A stretch of 63,353 nt of DNA, counting the filler, from Octopus bimaculoides (taxonomy: Eukaryota): assembly GCF_001194135.2 (NCBI RefSeq). It is 5 parts of 5 records of this genome, joined end to end, with 100 filler letters (N's around TTAATTAATTAA, not from the genome) between each part and the next. Parts side by side here need not be neighbours in the genome. Positions count along the whole stretch, not along the records: positions 62,125 to 63,353 come from NW_026364024.1; 4 more parts are not named here. The stretch is one strand, 5' to 3'. Shown piece by piece: positions 62,867 through 63,353 of the stretch; position 1 is the first letter of the stretch, and the number at the start of each line of letters is the position of its first letter. Below the pieces are notes generated by a model that was not told the origin of the DNA, ran no database searches, and saw nothing but the letters and a program-made list of their open reading frames with translations. The translations under genes and the position numbers were made by a program.

Positions 62867-63353
62867 TTAATGATAATAAATGAAGGTATGTCTCTGCCAG
62901 TGCTGACGTCGATACGCTCTCTGTGTTATCTGGTTAACTAGGCGATTCTTGGAAAACAGAATATGGAAAAGCTCCAAGTTACAAAGAGGACAAAAATCCT
63001 TACCTATGTCGAAGGGAACTGAGGTAGCCAGTATAGACCATTCCAAAGAGAATTGTTTATTGCAATCTTTCAGTTCCCAAATAAATTTACTTAGGCCGGT
63101 GGTGTTAGCTTTATTCCTATCCCTAAATGAAAAATAATGGTTCGATATTCTCTTGGAGACCTGCGTCGATGAGCTACCTACGTAAAACGAGACATCAGCG
63201 TGAGACATTACCTTACATTGATAAACCACATTCTTGGTCTTGGCATTCGCACTTAAAAGCTTAATTCTATTAGGATTTAATTCCGAGATGTTAATCTTAC
63301 TATTGTTACAGATATTGTTATATTTCCTAATATTGTACATACTACCTATATTT
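62867..63353 (-). mobile_element. Penelope-like element GIY-YIG endonuclease ORF, open to the window edge
   Basis: NVVYQCKV..FYVGSS..KRISNH..LSKFIWELKD..CPLCNLE is the PLE endonuclease signature; no stop codon from 63353 down to the terminal codon at 62867. Confidence 0.88.

Overview
Draft-assembly eukaryotic DNA: AT-rich, dense in microsatellites, with many N gaps. The repeat landscape looks cephalopod (Octopus-like); that assignment is an inference from the SINE and microsatellite patterns. One gene is confidently recognisable: a two-exon PET117 (cytochrome c oxidase assembly factor) on the minus strand at 49.6-51.7 kb, with a decayed Tx1/L1-type LINE in its intron. Two candidate first exons lie near it (52.5 kb plus, 59.3 kb minus), and three unidentified candidate exons lie at 13, 15 and 25 kb. 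The rest is dozens of tRNA-derived SINEs plus relics of mariner, pogo/Tigger, Tc2-like, piggyBac, hAT-like, Helitron, RTE, RLE-type LINE and Penelope elements. Notable structures: minimal hammerhead-ribozyme motifs in short (TA)n-embedded elements, a fold-back mariner with two 5' ends, SINE dimers with a fixed junction, and several perfect inverted repeats. Nearly all ORFs in the supplied track are microsatellite or gap artefacts. No rRNA or CRISPR. All calls come from manual reading, and repeat boundaries are approximate unless TIR/TSD coordinates are given.
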